Origin: Rhodospirillales bacterium
GTDB lineage: Bacteria; Pseudomonadota; Alphaproteobacteria; Rhodospirillales; JAPHTL01
Assembly: GCA_026193355.1 (NCBI GenBank)
Contig: JAPHTL010000308.1
Coordinates: 1-36,855 of the forward strand
DNA: 36,855 bases
Direction of reading: 5' to 3'
Shown: one piece after another, positions 31,889 through 36,855 of the stretch
Position numbering within the stretch: position 1 is the first letter of the stretch
Layout of the letters: every line of letters begins with the position of its first letter
Program-made: the position numbers and the translations under genes
The notes under the pieces: model-generated
What the model was told of the DNA's origin: nothing
Seen by the model: only the letters and a program-made list of their open reading frames with translations
The model's database searches: none

Positions 31889-32875
31889 ATGGCTCTGCGC
31901 ATAGGTTCTGTTGTCCTGAATTCTCCGGTTGTCCTCGCCCCCATGTCGGGGGTGACGGATATGCCTTTTCGCCGCCTTGTGAAAAGCTTTGGCGTTGGGC
32001 TTGTCGTTTCTGAAATGATTGCCAGCCAGGCGATGATTCGGGCAAACCGGAAGACGATGAAGATCGCGTCACCCTGCGCTGACGAATACCCAATGTCCGT
32101 TCAGTTGGCGGGATGTGAGCCTGAAATCATGGCTGAGGCAGCCCGCCTCAACGTGGACAGAGGGGCGTCGATCATTGATATCAACATGGGATGCCCGGTA
32201 AAAAAAGTCATCAAGGGAGACGCCGGAGCGGCTCTCATGCGAGACGAAAGGCTGGCCGGCCGGATTATCGAGGCTGTCGTGAAGTCCGTCGATCTTCCCG
32301 TTACGGTGAAAATGCGGCTTGGCTGGGACGACTCATCGCGAAATGCCGCCACCATTGCGCGGATTGCGCAAGATGCCGGTGCGCAGGCGGTTACGGTTCA
32401 CGGACGAACACGGGCGCAATTCTACAAGGGGCAGGCGGACTGGGAAGCCATCATGGCGGTAAAGGACGCCGTCAAGATACCGGTTATCGGCAATGGCGAT
32501 GTCGCCTCACCGCAGGACGCACTGAAGCTTCTGGAAAAATCCGGAGCGGACGGTGTCATGGTCGGTCGCGCGACCTATGGTCAGCCCTGGCTCCTGATGC
32601 AGATCGAACGCTATCTCGAAACCGGTGAGACATCGCCGGACCCGTCGATTGCGGAACAGTTGGCGACAGTTCTTGGTCACTACGATGAAATGCTGACCCA
32701 TTACGGTTCTGAGGCAGGAATGCGGATCGCCCGCAAGCATCTTGGCTGGTACAGCAAGGGGCTCAAGGATTCGGCTGGTTTCAGGGCGCAGGTCAACCAT
32801 CTTGACGATCCGAACAAGGTGCGTGAACTGATCAGGTCCTTCTATACGCCGATCATCGAAACGGCGGCAGCCTGA
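31889..32875 (+). CDS. dusB: tRNA-dihydrouridine synthase B (NifR3)
   Basis: LAPMSGVTD, DINMGCP, VHGRT, GNGDV and RKHLGWY. Confidence 0.96.
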   Translation: MALRIGSVVLNSPVVLAPMSGVTDMPFRRLVKSFGVGLVVSEMIASQAMIRANRKTMKIASPCADEYPMSVQLAGCEPEIMAEAARLNVDRGASIIDINMGCPVKKVIKGDAGAALMRDERLAGRIIEAVVKSVDLPVTVKMRLGWDDSSRNAATIARIAQDAGAQAVTVHGRTRAQFYKGQADWEAIMAVKDAVKIPVIGNGDVASPQDALKLLEKSGADGVMVGRATYGQPWLLMQIERYLETGETSPDPSIAEQLATVLGHYDEMLTHYGSEAGMRIARKHLGWYSKGLKDSAGFRAQVNHLDDPNKVRELIRSFYTPIIETAAA

Positions 32876-34008
32876 TGAACATATCGCCCCTTGCCATGCC
32901 GTCAGACAACGGACCGGATAAGGGGATTGATGCCTCCGGCATTCTTGCGGCCCTGCCTGCGCCCGTCCTTGTTGTCGGTCCGGATGGGGACGTGATCTAC
33001 GCCAATGGCTCCGCTGAGTCGTTATTGCAGATCAGCGCATCCCAGTTGTACGGAAGCCCGCTTGGCGATTTTTTCCCCGCTGACAGTCCCTTGGCGTCCC
33101 TTGTCGAACAGGTGCGCACGGAGAACAGCTGGTTCACAGAATACGATGTCACCATCGAATCGCCACGCATAGGACGGCACCTCGTCAATATCCAGGCATC
33201 ACCCTTGCCGGACGCTCCCGATAACATCGTCATTGTTCTTCATGAACGTTCCGTCGCCGACAAGATCGCCCGCCAGTTGACATCAAGGGGATCGGCGCGA
33301 ACAGTTGCTTCCCTCGCTTCAATGCTTGCGCACGAGGTCAAGAATCCGCTTTCCGGCATACGGGGAGCCGCACAGCTTATCGAACAGCACGCCAACGATG
33401 ATGACCGGGTTTTGACCCGGCTTATTTGCGATGAAACCGACCGTATTTGCGACCTCGTGGACCGGATGGATGTGTTCGCCGATCGCCACCCGTCCGAGCG
33501 AACAGCCGTAAACATCCACCGCGTTCTGGAACACGCACGCAGGGTTGCCGAAAACGGCTTCGCCGCTCATGTGAAATTCGTAGAAATCTATGACCCGTCG
33601 TTGCCGCCGGTCTATGGCAACCGCGACCAGTTGATCCAGGTGGTCCTTAATCTCCTGAAAAATGCAGCAGAGGCGGCCCCGGACAACGGGGGGGAAATTG
33701 TTATAAGAACGTCATATCAGCACGGCATCCGTTTCGCCGTTCCGGGAAGCAACGCACTGACGCACCTGCCTTTGATTGTCACAATTCAGGATAATGGGTC
33801 GGGGATTCCCGAAGACATCAAAACCAACCTCTTCGATCCGTTCGTCACCACAAAGCCCAAAGGAAGCGGGCTTGGCCTTGCGCTTGTTGCAAAAATCATC
33901 AATGACCACGGCGGCATTATTGAATGCGACAGCAAGCCGAAGCGGACGATTTTTCGTGTAATGCTGCCGGTCTATAAAGAAACCGAAAACGACGGGGAGG
34001 AATCGTAA
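32875..34008 (+). CDS. ntrB: Nitrogen regulation histidine kinase NtrB
   Basis: PAS domain, [38 protein letters not shown] and GSGLGL. TGATG overlap with dusB. Confidence 0.95.
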   Translation: MNISPLAMPSDNGPDKGIDASGILAALPAPVLVVGPDGDVIYANGSAESLLQISASQLYGSPLGDFFPADSPLASLVEQVRTENSWFTEYDVTIESPRIGRHLVNIQASPLPDAPDNIVIVLHERSVADKIARQLTSRGSARTVASLASMLAHEVKNPLSGIRGAAQLIEQHANDDDRVLTRLICDETDRICDLVDRMDVFADRHPSERTAVNIHRVLEHARRVAENGFAAHVKFVEIYDPSLPPVYGNRDQLIQVVLNLLKNAAEAAPDNGGEIVIRTSYQHGIRFAVPGSNALTHLPLIVTIQDNGSGIPEDIKTNLFDPFVTTKPKGSGLGLALVAKIINDHGGIIECDSKPKRTIFRVMLPVYKETENDGEES

Positions 34009-35450
34009 TGACAACAGCTCCGATCATCCTTGTCGCCGATGATGATGCAGCCATTCGAACAGTCATCAGTCAGGCCCTGGGCAGGGCGGGCTATGAAGTT
34101 CGTACGACAGGGATGGCCTCAACGCTTTGGAAGTGGGTCAATGATGGCGAAGGCGACCTCGTCATAACCGATGTCATGATGCCCGACGAAAACGGCCTTG
34201 ATCTCGTACCCCGGATTTTAAAGATAAGGCCCACGCTTCGCGTCATTGTCATAAGCGCTCAAAGCACATTGATGACGGCCGTCAAGGCAGCCGAAAGAGG
34301 CGCCTTCGAATACCTGCCAAAACCTTTTGATATCAATGAATTGAATGCCGTTGTTGGGCGAGCGCTTAAAGAGCCAAAGCAATCCGGGGACAAAAAACCG
34401 GGGACCCGCGTAGAAGAACAGCTGCCCCTGATCGGCCGGTCGCCGGCAATGCAGGATATCTATCGCACCCTTGCGCGTGTCATGGGAACGGACCTGACCG
34501 TGATGATCACCGGCGAATCCGGTACGGGCAAGGAACTGGTCGCGCGCGCCCTTCATGATTACGGGAAACGACGCAACAAGCCGTTTGTCGCCGTCAACAT
34601 GGCCGCCATACCGCGAGAACTAATCGAAAGTGAGCTTTTTGGGCACGAAAAGGGGTCTTTCACCGGGGCGACCGAACGTTCGCCGGGGCGGTTCGGTCTT
34701 GCCGAAGGCGGAACGCTTTTTCTTGATGAAATAGGCGATATGCCCCCCGAGGCGCAAACGAGACTGCTTCGCGTCCTTCAGGAGGGAGAATACACGCGTG
34801 TGGGCGGTCGAACCCCCATTCGCGCAGACTGTCGTATCATAGCGGCGACGCATCGAGACCTTGGCCAGCTTATCCGTCAGGGCTTTTTCAGAGAGGACCT
34901 TTATTACCGCCTGAACGTTGTCCCATTAAGGCTTCCCCCCTTGAGAGAGCGCCGGGAAGACATTCAGGAGCTTGTCCATCACTTCCTTGCGCAAGCGGCG
35001 GATGAAGGGCTTCCCCTCAAGATGATCGACCCGGATGCCATGCAAAAGCTGGTTGAACACCGCTGGCAAGGGAACGTGAGAGAGCTGGAGAATCTTGTGC
35101 GTCGCCTCGCCGCACTGTATTCGGGCGAAACAATCAATGCCGAAGCAATTGAAAGCGAACTATCCCACGGTTCTCCGTTCAACAATAATGGTATTCAGGC
35201 CAATGAGGGGCTATCCGCTGCGGTTGAACGGCACCTCAAGGATTATTTTTCCGCTCACGGCGGAAGTCTTCCCACACCGGGCCTTTACGACCGTATCCTT
35301 CGCGAGGTTGAACGCCCCCTCATCGAACTTTCCCTGGAGGCGACAAAGGGAAACCAGGTCAAGACCGCCAAGCTTCTCGGACTGAACAGAAATACGCTTC
35401 GCAAGAAAATATTGACCTTGAATATCCCCGTCATCCGAGGCGGAAAGTAA
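34008..35450 (+). CDS. ntrC: Nitrogen regulation response regulator NtrC (sigma54 activator)
   Basis: Receiver with intact DDD / DVMMP / KP, then [28 protein letters not shown] and the Fis-type [14 protein letters not shown]. Confidence 0.96.
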   Translation: MTTAPIILVADDDAAIRTVISQALGRAGYEVRTTGMASTLWKWVNDGEGDLVITDVMMPDENGLDLVPRILKIRPTLRVIVISAQSTLMTAVKAAERGAFEYLPKPFDINELNAVVGRALKEPKQSGDKKPGTRVEEQLPLIGRSPAMQDIYRTLARVMGTDLTVMITGESGTGKELVARALHDYGKRRNKPFVAVNMAAIPRELIESELFGHEKGSFTGATERSPGRFGLAEGGTLFLDEIGDMPPEAQTRLLRVLQEGEYTRVGGRTPIRADCRIIAATHRDLGQLIRQGFFREDLYYRLNVVPLRLPPLRERREDIQELVHHFLAQAADEGLPLKMIDPDAMQKLVEHRWQGNVRELENLVRRLAALYSGETINAEAIESELSHGSPFNNNGIQANEGLSAAVERHLKDYFSAHGGSLPTPGLYDRILREVERPLIELSLEATKGNQVKTAKLLGLNRNTLRKKILTLNIPVIRGGK

Positions 35451-35479
35451 CTTCTTTCTGACAGGTACGGTTAACCGGA

Positions 35480-36855
35480 ATGACAGACGAACGCGGTACG
35501 GATATTAATGATGGCGGCATTGGCGCACAGCTTGCCGGCCTGCTCCGAAGTTTCGGCGCCTGGGCGCGGCAATCCGGATTAAGCCGCAAGCTTGCCCTGG
35601 TCCTGACCGTCGTCGCTGTTTTTTCCGGTATCGCAACACTGGCGACGATGACCGGATCAGGCCCTCAGGGGTTTGAGCCCAATACCGTTCTTGCGCTTCT
35701 GTATCTCGACGTCGTTCTGCTGCTTACGCTTGGCAGCATTGTTGCGCGTCGACTGTTTAACATGTGGCTGGACAGAAGGCGCGGGCAGGCCGGGTCGCGC
35801 CTTCACGCAAAACTCGTTGTGCTGTTCAGCCTTGTTGCCGTCACCCCGGCCGTCATGGTGGCGATTTTCGCTGCATTGTTCCTGAATTTCGGGATACAGG
35901 CCTGGTTCAGTGACAAGGTGAAGACCGCCCTGGAAGAATCCCGCGCCGTTGTCATGGCGTATCAGCAAGAACACATAAAAACCATCCGCGCCGACATTCT
36001 CGCAATGGCCAACGACCTGAACCACGATGCGATGAATCTGATCCGTGAACCGAAACGGATGACGTTTGTTCTCGATACCCATTCGGCGATCCGATCAATA
36101 CCGGAAGCAATGGTTATTGACGGCAGCGGCCGTATCTTTGGCCGTTCAACGATGTCGTTTTCCCTTGAATTCGATCAATTGCCCGATGATGTCATCGGAA
36201 AGGCCGAAGCTGGCGAAGTTGTCATTCTCCACACTCCCGGCGATGACAGGGTGAGGGCCATATATCGTCTGGATCGATTCGTCGATGCCTATCTGGTGGT
36301 TGGCCGGTTTATTGACCCACAGGTTATCGACCACATCCGGCGCACCCAGGTCGCCGTCCAGCAATTCCAGACACTCGAAAAAAGCTCCAGCAGCATTCAG
36401 ATAACCTTCGTCATGATTTTCGGGCTTGTAGCCCTGCTTTTGCTGCTTGCCGCGGCATGGGTCGGACTTATGGTCGCCGGGCAACTCAGCCGTCCCATCA
36501 GCCGCCTTATTTCCGCCGCCGAGCAGGTGACGAAGGGCGATCTTTCCGTTCGCGTTCCCGACATTCCGACGGATGACGAAATTGGAACATTGAGCGAAGA
36601 GTTCAATCGCATGACCGGACAGCTGGAAACCCAGCGCGACGGTCTGGTCGCCGCCAACAGTGAACTTGACGAGCGCCGCAGGTTCACGGAAACGGTTTTG
36701 TCCGGTGTGTCCGCCGGCGTCATTGGTTTGGATGCGGAAGGCCTCATCAATCTTCCCAATCGCTCGGCTTCGGTCCTGCTTGGAATACCGCTTGAAACAG
36801 AAATCGGGCGCGATCTTGCATCCGTCATCCCTGAAATGGATCATCTGCTCAAGAC
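35480..36855 (+). CDS. ntrY: Sensor histidine kinase NtrY (3'-truncated; absent from the supplied ORF track)
   Basis: Translated by hand from ATG 35480: MTDERG..., two N-terminal TMs, AGSRLHAKLVVLFSLVAVTPA, WFS, HAMP (GDLSVRVP..DEIGTL...FNRMT) and ERRRFTETVLSGVSAGVIG. Follows ntrC. Confidence 0.93.
   Translation, partial: MTDERGTDINDGGIGAQLAGLLRSFGAWARQSGLSRKLALVLTVVAVFSGIATLATMTGSGPQGFEPNTVLALLYLDVVLLLTLGSIVARRLFNMWLDRRRGQAGSRLHAKLVVLFSLVAVTPAVMVAIFAALFLNFGIQAWFSDKVKTALEESRAVVMAYQQEHIKTIRADILAMANDLNHDAMNLIREPKRMTFVLDTHSAIRSIPEAMVIDGSGRIFGRSTMSFSLEFDQLPDDVIGKAEAGEVVILHTPGDDRVRAIYRLDRFVDAYLVVGRFIDPQVIDHIRRTQVAVQQFQTLEKSSSSIQITFVMIFGLVALLLLLAAAWVGLMVAGQLSRPISRLISAAEQVTKGDLSVRVPDIPTDDEIGTLSEEFNRMTGQLETQRDGLVAANSELDERRRFTETVLSGVSAGVIGLDAEGLINLPNRSASVLLGIPLETEIGRDLASVIPEMDHLLK

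Overview
Core-genome window of an alphaproteobacterium, most likely Rhodospirillales-type, judged by gene order and protein sequences. In order it holds: a 5'-truncated alpha/beta hydrolase, an orphan cheW, hemB, a B12-dependent fused isobutyryl-CoA mutase (icmF) behind a perfect 22-bp LiuR-type palindrome, and a liv branched-chain amino acid ABC operon with an extra small membrane gene. Next come rpiB-glyA-nrdR-ribD-ribE-ribB(X)-ribH-nusB-thiL, an orphan fliL-like gene, a K+-independent H+-PPase, and bamE / cbp3-like / yceD-rpmF-plsX-fabH-ihfA-merR-tRNA-Pro(GGG). The end has two hypotheticals, cutA, an aspartate-less response regulator, ispDF, a CcsA/YpjD-like membrane protein and dusB-ntrB-ntrC-ntrY (partial). 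I saw no mobile element, CRISPR array, prophage or defence island, and I cannot claim a clearly novel system. The best leads are the LiuR-box/icmF/liv branched-chain module with its two uncharacterised small genes, the pseudo-receiver protein, the CheW with a long acidic insertion, and the degenerate RibBX fusion. All family assignments come from motif recognition by eye, not database searches.
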